A DNA stretch of 64,000 nucleotides from Macrostomum lignano (Eukaryota). The position numbers and the translations under genes were made by a program. Of this stretch, positions 51,920 to 63,932 are shown one piece after another; position 1 is the first letter of the stretch; each line of letters starts with the position of its first letter. The notes under the pieces are model-generated. The model did no database searches and was not told the origin of the DNA. It worked only from the letters and a program-made list of their open reading frames with translations. The DNA lies in the NCBI GenBank assembly GCA_002269645.1, contig NIVC01000386.1, positions 372,001 to 436,000 on the forward strand. The letters are read 5' to 3'.

Positions 51920-52320
51920 AGACAGACTGAGAGTCTGGCTGAGAGACAGGATGGGGGAGAGTCTGGCTGAGAGACAGGATGGGGAGAGTCTGGCTGAGAG
52001 ACAGGATGGGGGAGAGTCTGGCTGAGAGACAGGATGGGGAGAGTCTGGCTGAGAGACAGGATGGGGAGAGTCTGGCTGAGAGACAGGATGGGGAGAGTCT
52101 GGCTGAGAGACAGGATGGGGGAGAGTGTGGCTGAGAGACAGGATGGGGGAGAGTCTGGCTGCATGAGAGACAGGATGGGGGAGAGTCTGGCTGAGAGACA
52201 GGATGGGGGAGAGTCTGGCTGAGAGACAGGATGGGGGAGAGTCTGGCTGAGAGACAGGATGGGGGAGAGCCTGGCTGAGAGACAGGATGGGGAGAGTCTG
52301 GCTGAGAGACAGGGTGAGAG
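51920..52320. repeat. 27/28-bp minisatellite GGATGGGG(G)AGAGTCTGGCTGAGAGACA
   Basis: Direct reading. Confidence 0.95.
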
Positions 52321-53119
52321 TCTCACTGTGACAGTGAAGTGGAGCCACTGTTTAATAAAATGAACTGACTCTCATTCCCATTAAGCCATAAAACGCAGCC
52401 TGGGCAGCCCAGGCAGAAGCGGGAAATGGGGATCGCGTCCCCGATCCGGGTCATATTTTTCACACGGAGACGGCAGAGATTGTCGCCAACTTCTGTGGAA
52501 TTTTTGCGTTTCGAATTTAAACCCCCTTGGGGAGGTGGCGAAGGCTGAAGTGCTCGCAGCCTCTCCCGAATCCTCTGACGTGGGTGCGCGGCGGCTGTTA
52601 TTGCGACCCGGGAATTCCGGATCCCCCAAGCCGCTGCCCGCCTTTGTCTCTCTGCGCGCGGCAGCTGGAAACTTTTCATTGCTCCCGCGGAGGGCGGCTC
52701 GAAAGCGGACCTCCTTCCCAACAGGCTTGGCGGCTAAAATCCTCCACAGCCAGCCATGCAGCTTTATCGAGCGGGAAACTCAACTTCTTTGAAGCCGCCT
52801 CTTCGTGAGCGAGAGAACTGCGCCTTTGACCGCCGGCGAGTCCGCTGGGGATGAGAGAAGTCGCCGCTCTCAAAGTGTTTTTTGGCCCGAGCGCGAGATG
52901 CTGGCTCGAGAAGGTCGGGCTGGAGAGGTCGCGGGGGTCGCCGTGGCAGACGGGGTCCGAACAAAGGAGACAAGGTAGAGAGGCCGAGAGAGCAAAAAGG
53001 CCAAGTGTGGAACAGACAAAGGAGAGGATTAGCCCATTTGGCCGGCTTAATTAGTGCGCGGGGAAAATCCTGGTCGCGACTCCGCAGCGAATTCGATTCA
53101 GCTACTTTCAGTAGGAGCT

Positions 53120-54455
53120 GCCGGGTTTTGACTGAGTTTTAGCTGAATGGATGGCAGCTGGTCGGGTTTTGACTGAGTTTTAGCTGAGTGGATGGCAGCT
53201 GATCGGGTTTTGACTGAGTTTTAGCTGAGTGGATGGCAGCTGATCGGGTTTTGACTGAGTTTTAGCTGAGTGGATGGCAGCTGATCGGGTTTTGACTGAG
53301 TTTTAGCTGAGTGGATGGCAGCTGATCGGGTTTTGACTGAGTTTTAGCTGAGTGGATGGCAGCTGATCGGGTTTTGACTGAGTTTTAGCTGAGTGGATAA
53401 CAGCTGATCGGGTTTTGACTGAGTTTTAGCTGAGTGGATGGCAGCTGATCGGGTTTTGACTGAGTTTTAGCTGAGTGGATGGCAGCTGATCGGGTTTTGA
53501 CTGAGTTTTAGCTGAGTGGATGGCAGCTGGTCGGGTTTTGACTGAGTTTTAGCTGAGTGGATAACAGCTGATCGGGTTTTGACTGAGTTTTAGCTGAGTG
53601 GATGGCAGCTGATCGGATTTTGACTGAGTTTTAGCTGAGTGGATGGCAGCTGATCGGGTTTTGACTGAGTTTTAGCTGAGTGGATGGCAGCTGATCGGGT
53701 TTTGACTGAGTTTTAGCTGAGTGGATGGCAGCTGATCGGGTTTTGACAGAGTTTTAGCTGAGTGGATGGCAGCTGATCGGGTTTTGACGGAGTTTTAGCT
53801 GAGTGGATGGCAGCTGATCGGGTTTTGACTGAGTTTTAGCTGAATGGATGGCAGCTGAGATCGGGTTTTGACTGAGTTTTAGCTGAGTGGATGGCAGCTG
53901 ATCGGGTTTTGACTGAGTTTTAGCTGAGTGGATGGCAGCTGATCGGGTTTTGACTGAGTTTTAGCTGAATGGATGGCAGCTGAGATCGGGTTTTGACTGA
54001 GTTTTAGCTGAGTGGATGGCAGCTGATCGGGTTTTGACTGAGTTTTAGCTGAGTGGATGGCAGCTGATCGGGTTTTGACTGAGTTTTAGCTGAATGGATG
54101 GCAGCTGATCGGGTTTTGACTGAGTTTTAGCTGAGTGGATGGCAGCTGATCGGGTTTTGACTGAGTTTTAGCTGAGTGGACGGCAGCTGGTCGGGTTTTG
54201 ACTGAGTTTTAGCTGAGTGGATGGCAGCTGATCGGGTTTTGACTGAGTTTTAGCTGAGTGGATGGCAGCTGATCGGGTTTTGACTGAGTTTTAGCTGAGT
54301 GGACGGCAGCTGGTCGGGTTTTGACTGAGTTTTAGCTGAGTGGATGGCAGCTGGTCGGGTTTTGACTGAGTTTTAGCTGAGTGGATGGCAGCTGATCAGG
54401 TTTTGACTGAGTTTTAGCTGAGTGGATGGCAGCTGAGATCGGGTTTTGACTGAGC
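53120..54455. repeat. 41-bp minisatellite GGGTTTTGACTGAGTTTTAGCTGAGTGGATGGCAGCTGATC
   Basis: Direct reading. Confidence 0.97.
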
Positions 54456-54597
54456 CCCAAATGAAATCCGCGCACGGAACTGAACCGTTAGGGGTCGGGC
54501 ACAAAGAGTCACTTCAGTACAAAAATTAAAACCATTAATTTCTCGCTCGTTCGAACTCCGGCCTTCCAATGAACACTTTCTCCAACTGTCCGCACAG

Positions 54598-55097
54598 GCG
54601 AGCTGGTCCTGGCCGCGAAGCTGGACTTCGAGCGCCAGCAGCGGCACCACGCCACCGTCAGGGCCTTCGACCTCGGCGACTCGCCGCTCAGCTCCACCGC
54701 GGTGGTCACCGTCCGCGTTCTAGACGAGAACGACAACGCGCCGCAATTCCTCAGCGACGTGTACAACGCCAGCCTGCCGGAGAACCGGGAGCCGGGGTAC
54801 CGCCTGGACGTCAACCTGACCGCCACCGACGCGGACTCGGGCGACAACGGCCGGCTGGCGTACAGCATCGAGTCGGGCAACTCGCAGCAGCTGTTCTCGC
54901 TGGACATGAGCACCGGCCGGCTGTTCGCCAGGAAGAAGGCCGACCGCGAGGCCAAGGACTTCTACCGGCTGACAGTGCTGGCCACGGACTACGGCAACCC
55001 GCCGATGACTGGTAGGGCCGAGGTTCGAATCCGGGTGCTCGATGAAAATGATTGCGAGCCGAAGTTTGACCAGGAGGAATACCGGTTCGTGATGCAG
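54598..55097 (+). CDS. FAT1-like: Fat-like exon O
   Basis: GCACAG|GC completes ELT-G-ELVLAAKLDFE; VLDENDNAPQF, ATDADSG, VLDENDCEPKF; donor CAG|GTGAGT at 55098. Confidence 0.93.
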
Positions 55098-55132
55098 GTG
55101 AGTGGGCTGAAGCAGTCTCTATGTAGCCCCTA

Positions 55133-55905
55133 CGCAGCACATCCTATGTAACACATCCTATGTAACACATCCTATACAACACATCCTATGCAACACATCC
55201 TATACAACACATCCTATGCAACACATCCTATGCAACACATCCTATACAACACATCCTATGCAACACATCCTATGCAACACATCCTATGCAACACATCCTA
55301 TGCAACACATTCTATTCAACACATCCTATGCAGCACATCCTATGCAACACATCCTATGCAGTACATCCTATGCAACACATCCTATGCAACACATCCTATG
55401 CAACACATCCTATGCAACACATCCTATGCAGCACATCCTATGCAACACATCCTATGCAACACATCCTATGCAACACATTCTATTCAACACATCCTATGCA
55501 ACACATCCTATGCAACACATCCTATGCAACACATCCTATGCAACACATCCTATGCAACACATCCAGTGCAGCACATCCTATGCAACACATCCTATGCAAC
55601 ACATCCTATGCAACGCATCCTATGCAACACATCCTATGCAACACATCCTATGCAACACATCCTATGCAACACATCCTATGCAACGCATCCTATGCAACAC
55701 ATCCTATGCAACACATCCTATACAACACATCCTATGCAACACATCCTATGCAACACATCCTATGCAACACATCCTATGCAACACATCCTATGCAACACAT
55801 CCTATGCAACACATCCTATGCAACACATCCTATGCAACGCATCCAGTGCAACACATCCTATGCAACACATCCTATGCAACACATCCTATGCAACACATCC
55901 TATTT
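55133..55905. repeat. 14-bp minisatellite ATGCAACACATCCT
   Basis: Direct reading. Confidence 0.97.
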
Positions 55906-56030
55906 ACATTAGAAATGTACGTATAACACATAGTCTGCCTTAGTTAGGGAGAAATGGGAACCTCTGGGTTGTCCCGGGCGGCCTCCTCGACCCCAGTTGA
56001 CCTCAAGCCCGCCCCCAATCCAACCCGCAG

Positions 56031-56069
56031 ATCGATGACAAAGGCAACGTCAGCCAGCAGCCGTACCTG
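56031..56069 (+). CDS. FAT1-like: Probable 39-nt symmetric microexon (IDDKGNVSQQPYL)
   Basis: C-rich tract + CCGCAG| 39 nt, stop-free, phase 0/0 |GTGAGT; TTGAC branch-like site near 55997; unique island between two minisatellites. Confidence 0.65.
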
Positions 56070-56304
56070 GTGAGTCTGTAATTTACGACTTAGAAAGAGC
56101 ACGGCTCAGTTTCTTATTCTGAGTCTCATAATTGGCCAATTATCTGTCCCTGTGCTGGAGAGGCACTGCTCCAGCTGACTCAGTTTGAGAGCATCAGCCA
56201 CTGGACAAGAAAAATCATGACTGGCTCAAACTGCTCTTAACTGAAGTTTGGTTAATGAAATAATTAATCGAGGCTACTGACACAAATTCAAACAGAACTG
56301 CAGC

Positions 56305-57350
56305 TATCTCATCCCATCTCATTCCAACTCATCCCATCTCATTCCATCTCACCCATCTCACCCATCACATTCCAACTCATCCCATCTCATCCCAGCTCAT
56401 CCCATCTCATCCCATCTCACCCATCTCATTCCATCTCATCCCATCTCATCCCATCTCATCCCATCTCATTCCATCTCATTCCATCTCACCCATCTCATTC
56501 CAACTCATCCCATCTCATCCCATCTCACCCCATCTCATCCCATCTCACCCCATCTCATCCCATCTCATCCCATCTCATTCCATCTCACCCCATCTCATCC
56601 CATCTCATTCCATCTCACCCCATCTCATTCCATCTCATTCCATCTCACCCATCTCATTCCAACTCATCCCATCTCATCCCATCTCATTCCATCTCATCCC
56701 ATCTCACCCCATCTCATCCCATCTCATCCCATCTCATTCCATCTCACCCCATCTCATCCCATCTCATTCCATCTCACCCCATCTCATTCCATCTCATTCC
56801 ATCTCACCCCATCTGATTCCATCTCATCCCATCTCATCCCATCTCATTCCATCTCATCCCATCTCACCCCATCTCATCCCATCTCATCTCATCTTATCCC
56901 ATCTCATCCCATCTCATTCCATCTCACCCCATCTCATCCCATCTCATCCCATCTCATTCCATCTCACCCCATCTCATTCCATCTCATCCCATCTCATCCT
57001 ATCTCATCCCATCCTCTCATCCCACCTCATCTCATCTTATCACATCTCATCCCATCTCATCCCATCTCACCCCATCTCATCCCATCTCATCCCATCCTCT
57101 CATCCCACCTCATCTCATCTTATCCCATCTCATCCCATTTCATCCTCTCTCATTGCATCTCACCCCATCTCATCTAATCTCATCTCATCCCACCCCATCT
57201 CATCCTATCTCATCCCATCCTCTCATCCCACCTCATCTCATCTTATCCCATCTCATCCCATTTCATCCTCTCTCATTGCATCTCATTGCATCTCACCCCA
57301 TCTCATCTAATCTCATCTCATCCCACCCCATCTCTTCCTATCTCATCCCA
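56305..57350. repeat. 5/10-bp satellite CATCT/CATCC/CATTC/CACCC
   Basis: Direct reading. Confidence 0.95.
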
Positions 57351-57380
57351 ACCAGAATCGTTACGCCGATGCCATTTCAG

Positions 57381-57590
57381 GAAACGGCAGGGTCGGACGG
57401 CGGGCCGGCAGCGGACGGCTCGGTCTTGCACGTCAGCGACTGCGACGCGCCGCCGAACGGCGGTCCGTTCTCCTGGTCGCTGGTGGACGGCGGTGGCCAC
57501 GGCAAGTTTTTGGTGGACCAGCGTGGCCGACTTCGCGTGAACATCAACTTTGGCCACCTGGTGAAAGCCGAGGAGCAGATCATCGTCCAG
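57381..57590 (+). CDS. FAT1-like: Fat-like exon P
   Basis: TTTCAG|GAA; LHVSDCDAPPNGGPFSWSLVDG; donor CAG|GTAGGA at 57591. Confidence 0.9.
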
Positions 57591-57669
57591 GTAGGAGCTG
57601 GCTGATTTAGTCAGATTTTAGTGAGCCATTCTGGAGCATTAGGGGTCAGGATGAGTCAATCAGGTTGAC

Positions 57670-58050
57670 GCTGGGTCACACTGAGGCACGCTGTCTCTCG
57701 CTAGGTCACACTGGGTCACACTGGGTCACACTGGGTAACACTGGGTCACACTGGGTCACACTGGGTCACACTGGGTCACGCTGGGTCACATTGGGACTCA
57801 CTGGGTCACACTGGGTCACACTGGGTCACACTGGGTCACACTGGGTCACGCTGGGACACACTGGGTCACACAGGGTCACACTGGGTCACACTGGGTAACA
57901 CTGGGTCACACTGGGTCACACAGGGTCACACAGGATCACACTGGGTCACGCTGGGACACACTGGGTCACACAGGGTCACACTGGGTCACACTGGGTCACA
58001 CAGGATCACACTGGGTCAAACTGGGTCACACAGGGTCACATTGGATCACA
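57670..58050. repeat. 10-bp minisatellite CACTGGGTCA
   Basis: Direct reading. Confidence 0.95.
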
Positions 58051-58085
58051 CTTAGTCACTTTCAACCCCGTCAACCCGTCCGCAG

Positions 58086-59212
58086 GCCTGCGACGGCGGC
58101 CAGCGCACTCTCTGTGGCCGGGCGAAACTGTTTGTGCGCACCGTCCGGGCGGACCAGCTGACGCCCAGCCTGCTGCCCAGCAACCTGACCGCGGTGCTCG
58201 CCTACCCGGCAGCCGGTGGGGAGAAGCTCGGCCGCCTGCGACTGCGGCACCCCAGCCCGAAGGACGCCCGGCTGCGGCTGCTCAGCCACTCGGATCTGTT
58301 CAGCCTGGCACCCAACGGGGAGTTGTCGGTTGCCATGGCGACCACCCCGCCAGACGGGCTGCACCGGGTTCGAGTGAGCGCCAGCAGCCGGGGCCTGGCC
58401 TCCGAGCAGGAGGTCCGGGTTCGAGTCACGCTGCTGACGGAGGCGATGGCGGAGTCGGCGGTGCCGCTGCATCTGGGCGGCGGGAGCGCGCACGGCTTCT
58501 TCCTGGACAGGCGGGACGCGCAGCTGGCGGAGCAGCTGACGGCGCAGCTGCGGCTCGGCGCGGACGCTCGGGTGCTCCTGCTGGGTGTGCAGCGCGGCTC
58601 TGGGGGCGGCGAGCGGCAACGGCAGCTGATGGCGCTGTTGGCCGTCTACGAGGAGTCTCGGCGGGGCTTCCTGGACCCGGCGGAGGTGCGCAGCCGCCTG
58701 AACTCCTCGGAAGCCGTTCGCTCGCTGCTGCCCGAGGGCGGCGGGGGTTGCAGCTTGGCGGCGGAGGCTCGGCGGGACCGGCGGCTGCTGGTGGAGACGG
58801 CCGGGATCACCTTCACGGCGCCGGAGTTCCGGCTGGCGCCGACATGCGGCACCGCTAAGTTGAAAGGCGCGCCGCCGTCTGGCGCCGTCTTCGGCTTCTT
58901 TCCGGGCGGCTCGGAGGGAGGCGAAGGCGCCGCCTGGGCGCTGGCGGAGTGGCAGCAGCTGCGCGGCCTGGAGCTGCGGCTGCGCACCCGACAGTCGCGG
59001 CCGGGGCGCCTCTTGCGGGTCTCCGGCTGCGGCGGCTGGCGGCTGGCGCTGCGGCTCCACGCTGACGGCGACGGCCGGCTGGAGGCCACGGCCGCGGTGT
59101 CCGGAGGCGGCGGCACCGAAGACCGCGACGGTCCGGAGCTGCTGCGGCTCGTCAGCCCGCGGCCGGTGAACGACGGAGCCTGGCACCGCGTGCTGCTGCG
59201 GCTGCACGACGG
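58086..59212 (+). CDS. FAT1-like: Fat-like exon Q: last cadherin repeat, membrane-proximal region, N-terminal part of LamG
   Basis: CCGCAG|GCC; ACDGG..., LELRLRTRQSRPGRLL, VNDGAWHRVLL (LamG motifs); donor GG|GTGAGC at 59213 (phase 2). Confidence 0.9.
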
Positions 59213-59234
59213 GTGAGCGACGGCTGCCTCTCCA

Positions 59235-59635
59235 TCTGTCCCCTCCCTTCCTGTCTCCTCCCTTCCTGTCTCCTCCCTTCCCGTCTCCTCCCTTCCTGTC
59301 TCCTCCCTTCCTGTCTCCTCCCTTCCTGTCCCTCCCTTCCTGTCTCCTCCCTTCCTGTCTCCTCCCTTCCTGTCCCTCCCTTCCTGTCTCCTTTCCTGTC
59401 TCCTCCCTTCCTGTCTCCTCCCTTCCTGTCTCCTCCCTTCCTGTCTCCTCCCTTCCTGTCTCCTCCCTTCCTGTCTCCTCCCTTCCTGTCTCCTCCCTTC
59501 CTGTCTCCTCCCTTCCTGTCTCCTCCCTTCCTGTCTCCTCCCTTCGTGTCTCCTCCCTTCCTGTCTCCTCCTTTCCTGTCTCCTCCCTTCTTGTCTCCTC
59601 CTTTCCTGTCTCCTCCCTTCCTGTCTCATCCCTTC
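59235..59635. repeat. 15-bp polypyrimidine repeat CTCCCTTCCTGTCTC
   Basis: Direct reading. Confidence 0.95.
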
Positions 59636-59702
59636 CTGCACCCTCCCGTCCCTCTCTTGTTTAGAAGTGTCAGTAGCAGACGAATTAATTGCATCCCCCC
59701 AG

Positions 59703-60398
59703 GTCTCCCTACTGGACCCTGGAGCTGCTGACGGACTCCATCGAGCCCCAGCTGGGCCAGCTACCGGCCCTACCAGCCTCCTCCCCTTCATCCTGGGACC
59801 GGGCCTCGACTCTGCGAGTCGAACTGGACCGATTTGTCGGCTGCCTCACCGACCTGCTGTCCTGGCCGGCGGCCACCCGACTGACGGCAGCGACGGCTGA
59901 GGCTGAGGCCGCGGCTCGGCGCGGCTGCCCGGAGGCCGAGCTGGCGGCGCCCTGCGCGTCGACGCCGTGCCAGCACGAAGGCGTCTGCACGGAGGTCGGC
60001 GGTGGCGGCGGCGGCTTCCACTGCAGCTGCGAGCCGCCCTACGCCGGGCCGCGCTGCGAGCTGAACCTGCGGCCCTGCGACCACCGGCCCTGCCTGAACG
60101 GCGGCGCCTGCCGGGACTTCGGCGACGGGCGCGGCGGATTCGCCTGCGACTGCCCGGCTGGGGCGGCCGGACCGCGCTGCGAGCTGGTGGACCGCGGCGG
60201 CGGCGGAGCGGCGACCGCATCTTGTGGAGGTCGAGGCGCCTGCCAACACGGCGGCTGGTGCCTGGGCGGCCGCTGCCGCTGCGAGGGCACCGGCTATGCT
60301 GGGCCGCTGTGCGACCGCGACGTCGACGAGTGCCGACAGGCCGTCGGGCTGTGCGATGGCGGGCGCGGCGTCTGCGTCAACCTGCCGGGCGGGTTCAG
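59703..60398 (+). CDS. FAT1-like: Fat-like exon R: end of LamG, EGF x3 and start of a Ca-binding EGF
   Basis: CCCCAG|G; FVGCL, CASTPCQHEGVC, CDHRPCLNGGAC, DVDECR...CVNLPGGF; donor AG|GTGGGC at 60399 (phase 2). Confidence 0.92.
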
Positions 60399-60409
60399 GT
60401 GGGCGGCAG

Positions 60410-60871
60410 GCGGATTTGGTAGAAGGCGGATTTGGTAGAGGGCGGATTTGGTAGAGGGTGGATTTGGTAGAGGGCGGATTTGGTAGAGGGCGGATTTGGT
60501 AGAGGGCGGATTTGGTAGAGGGCGGATTTGGTAGAGGGAGGATTTGGGAGAGGGCGGATTTGGTAGAGGGCGGATTTGGTAGAGGGCGGATTTGGTAGAG
60601 GGCGGATTTGGTAGAGGGCGGATTTAGAAGAGGGCGGATTTGGTAGAGGGTGGATTTCGTAGAGGGCGGATTTGGTAGAGGGCGGATTTGGTAGAGGGCG
60701 GATTTGGTAGAGGGTGGATTTGGGAGAGGGCGGATTTGGTAGAGGGCGGATTTAGTAGAGGGCGGATTTGGTAGAGGGCGGATTTCGTAGAGGGCGGATT
60801 TGGTAGAGGGTGGATTTCGTAGAGGGCGGATTTGGTAGAGGGCGGATTTGGTAGAGGGCGGATTTGGTAGA
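60410..60871. repeat. 16-bp minisatellite GGCGGATTTGGTAGAG
   Basis: Direct reading. Confidence 0.96.
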
Positions 60872-60904
60872 GTTATTAGCAAATTCAAGCAACCCGGCCC
60901 CCAG

Positions 60905-61548
60905 GTGCGAGTGTCCATCGGGTTTCACCGGACCGGCCTGCGAGCGGCTGCCCGGCCAACCCGGAGCTGCCATCGACGGCGGCGCCTCGGCCTCTGAGCA
61001 GCCGCTGCTGCTGGGGCTGCGCTTCCACGAGCTGGCGGCGGTGCTGGGCTGCGTCTCCAGCCTGCTGCTGCTCGCGCTGGCCGTCTTCTGCCTCGTCTCC
61101 TGCTACGGCAAGCGCAGGCGCGGGCGGCGCAGGCGCGGTAACCATGGCAACGGGCGCGTCGCCAAGCAGCACTCGCCGGCCTCCATGTCGCCCACCAACG
61201 GAGGCGGCGGCGGCGGCGGCTGCCAGGACGACCCTGGCGAGGAGGCGATGGCGCTGATGCCGATGATGGCGCCGCCGATGATCAACGGCAGCTGCGGCGG
61301 CCAGGCGGCCTCGCTGACGTACGCCGGCTTCGAGACGCCGCTGCCGCCGCCGCTAACGCTGCTGTCAACGCCGACAGGCAGCTGCGCGGGCTGCGGGCCC
61401 TGCCGGTCCTGCTCAGGCTGCTCAGGCTGGGGCGGCGTCGGCCCCATGAGTCCGCAGAAGCCACCGCCGCTGCTCAGCTTCCCGCGCTCCTGCGGCGTCG
61501 GCGGTCTGGGCGGCCGCGGGTTCAGCGGCGAGCTGGTGGATGATCAGG
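60905..61548 (+). CDS. FAT1-like: Fat-like exon S: end of EGF, TM helix, juxtamembrane tail
   Basis: CCCCAG|G completes FR-CECPSGFTGPACE; TM LAAVLGCVSSLLLLALAVFCLV followed by KRRRGRRRR. First of seven in-frame donors at 61549, so the actual end is uncertain. Confidence 0.85.
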
Positions 61549-61694
61549 GTGAGCTGGTGGATGATCAGGGTGAGCTGGTGGATGATCAGGGTGAGCTGGT
61601 GGATGATCAGGGTGAGTTGGTGAATGATCAGGGTGAGCTGGTGGATGATCAGGGTGAGTTGGTGGGTGATCAGGGTAAGCTGGTTGGTGATGAT
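61527..61694. repeat. 21-bp repeat GGTGAGCTGGTGGATGATCAG spanning the exon S donor (8 copies)
   Basis: GT donors at 61549, 61570, 61591, 61612, 61633, 61654 and 61675. Confidence 0.97.
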
Positions 61695-61711
61695 CTCGTA
61701 TGCACAAACAC

Positions 61712-61786
61712 ACAGTGACACACAGTGACACACAGTGACACACAGTGACACACAGTGACACACAGTGACACACAGTGACACACAGT
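61712..61786. repeat. 10-bp repeat CACAGTGACA (~7 copies)
   Basis: Direct reading. Confidence 0.93.
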
Positions 61787-62433
61787 GGCCTGACTGGTGC
61801 ATTGTAAAGCGAACTTGATGGAGAACTTCCTGCGGGCAGCTGTGAAAGAGTTATTATCAAAATTTCCTCATTCCAGGGAGCAGCTGCACTAATAGAGGAT
61901 CAGTTTATAATTTCCCAACTGGGAGATCAGGTTTGTGCTGATCGATTTGAGAGTCTGTTTGCTGTGGCTCATTAGCACTGCTTTTGCTGCCTAATTGAAA
62001 GTTAAGCAGACTTGGCCGCGGTTAGTACGCAGCTTGGGCTCCACCAGTTCATCCAGCTGCCGTAGAAATTCAGGCCTGAGAGTTGCGGCTTCCAAAACTC
62101 AAGCAGCGTAGAAGCCTACTGATGAGTAGCAAGAGAATAATTTGAGGCCAATATGTTTACAGCTGCATCTCAGGCTCAGCGGTTCAGACCAACTGATGAA
62201 GATTGCAGAGTCGGAAACTGGTCCTGGTCTCGAGTTCTAATCTCAAAAGTGCTCAAAAGTGCAGCGACTGTGCATTTGGTGTCAGGACTACTTTAACTCA
62301 AAATATTGTCTCTTTTATAATAGCCTTGCTTTTGTCTGCTTTTAGTTTGCTGCTTGCAGAATCCGCCTAGAGTTGGAGTTTCTGCTTCTGAGCCCGCCCT
62401 GTTGTTCCTTGCCCAAGCTCTGATGAGTAGCCA

Positions 62434-62738
62434 GGGACTTGAGCAGTCCTGAGCAGCAGTCCTTGAACTCAACAAAACCCGCAGGCTACCACTGGGACCT
62501 GAGCAGTCCTGAGCAGCAGTCCCTGAACTCAACAAAACCCGCAGGCTACCACTGGGACCTGAGCAGTCCTGAGCAGCAGTCCCTGAACTCAACAAAACCC
62601 GCAGGCTACCACTGGGACCTGAGCAGTCCTGAGCAGCAGTCCCTGAACTCAACAAAACCCGCAGGCTACCACTGGGACCTGAGCAGTCCTGAGCAGCAGT
62701 CCCTGAACTCAACAAAACCCGCAGGCTACCACTGGGAC
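62434..62738. repeat. 60-bp repeat spanning the terminal-exon acceptor (5 copies)
   Basis: CCCGCAG|GCTACCACTGGGAC with exon starts at 62485, 62545, 62605, 62665 and 62725. Confidence 0.97.
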
Positions 62739-63047
62739 ACGTCCGACTGGCGCGGCGCGGCGGCGACCCTGGGCGGCCTTGGCGCGTCCAGGGGCCCCGG
62801 CAACCCGCCGGATCTCATCATGGACGGCGGCCCGTTCAGCGTCAGCTACTTCGGCGGCGCCGGCTGTCGGCAAACGTCGGCAGCGTCGGCATCGTCGCCT
62901 TCGAACGCGTCGACGTCGACATCGGCGGCCGCCTCGGCGCCTCCGCTGGTCGTCATCGGCTGCGGCGGCGGTGGCAGCGGCTTCGGCGGCTTCGGCGGCC
63001 TGGCGGAGGAGAGCGAGGAGCTGCGGGTGAACGAAACGGTGGCTTGA
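62725..63047 (+). CDS. FAT1-like: Fat-like terminal exon T (cytoplasmic tail)
   Basis: CCCGCAG|GC gives GYHWDTSDW; ends ...ELRVNETVA-stop. Four more in-frame acceptors lie upstream. Confidence 0.88.
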
Positions 63048-63717
63048 ACGGCAGCTGAGCGTTGATGACGACAGGACGAAGCGCGGAGAAGATGTACACA
63101 CACAGGTGCACATTCTGAGTACTTTTTGAGTTCCCCCGGAGTCCTTGCAAGAGATTAATTTCTGCTTTGAGCTGAATTTAAAAAAAATTCTTAATGTTAA
63201 ACAGCGCGCTTGCACATTTTTGTCATTTCTGTTTTTTCGTGTTTATTTTTTCATCTCTGCTACACTTAATTGGTGCTTTCTACTTGCAGTAGTGTATCTG
63301 CAGTAAGTAGTTTAATAGTGAAAATTCAAATGCCGTGTGTCCCAGCTGCATCAGTGCTGCTGGGTATTGTGGCTAATCTCATTTTCGCAATAATATTCGC
63401 TGTAGGAATCTAATTTTCGCTAAGCAATAAGAGTAATCAATACAAATCATACACAGTAGCAATAAGAATAATGCACTGCGACAGTGTTCGACGAAAATGC
63501 TATTCCTTTAGCAGCGAATCGCGAATGCCCTATAAGTTTACATTGCTATGGAAACTCTACCCTGAATTGCATCAATATTAATACATTAAAATCGAGTGAC
63601 CATGGATGTCTGTACTGCGCCAATTCATTTGCAAAGTTAGACAAAACTGGTTTTCATTACATTGTTGAACTCTGTTATTTAATGTAATTATTGAAGAGCT
63701 TTGCCAACTTTGAAGTG

Positions 63718-63718
<1 letters not shown>

Positions 63719-63790
<72 letters not shown>

Positions 63791-63793
63791 CTG

Positions 63794-63847
<54 letters not shown>

Positions 63848-63848
63848 A

Positions 63849-63931
<83 letters not shown>

Positions 63932-63932
63932 A

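Noticed and set aside
61320-61480. Ena/VASP EVH1-binding site (FETPLPPPL, KPPPL)
   Set aside because: Does not match the canonical [FWYL]PxxP/FPPPP consensus.
63585-63590. ATTAAA polyadenylation signal
   Set aside because: Non-canonical hexamer in AT-rich DNA; no transcript evidence to place the 3' end.
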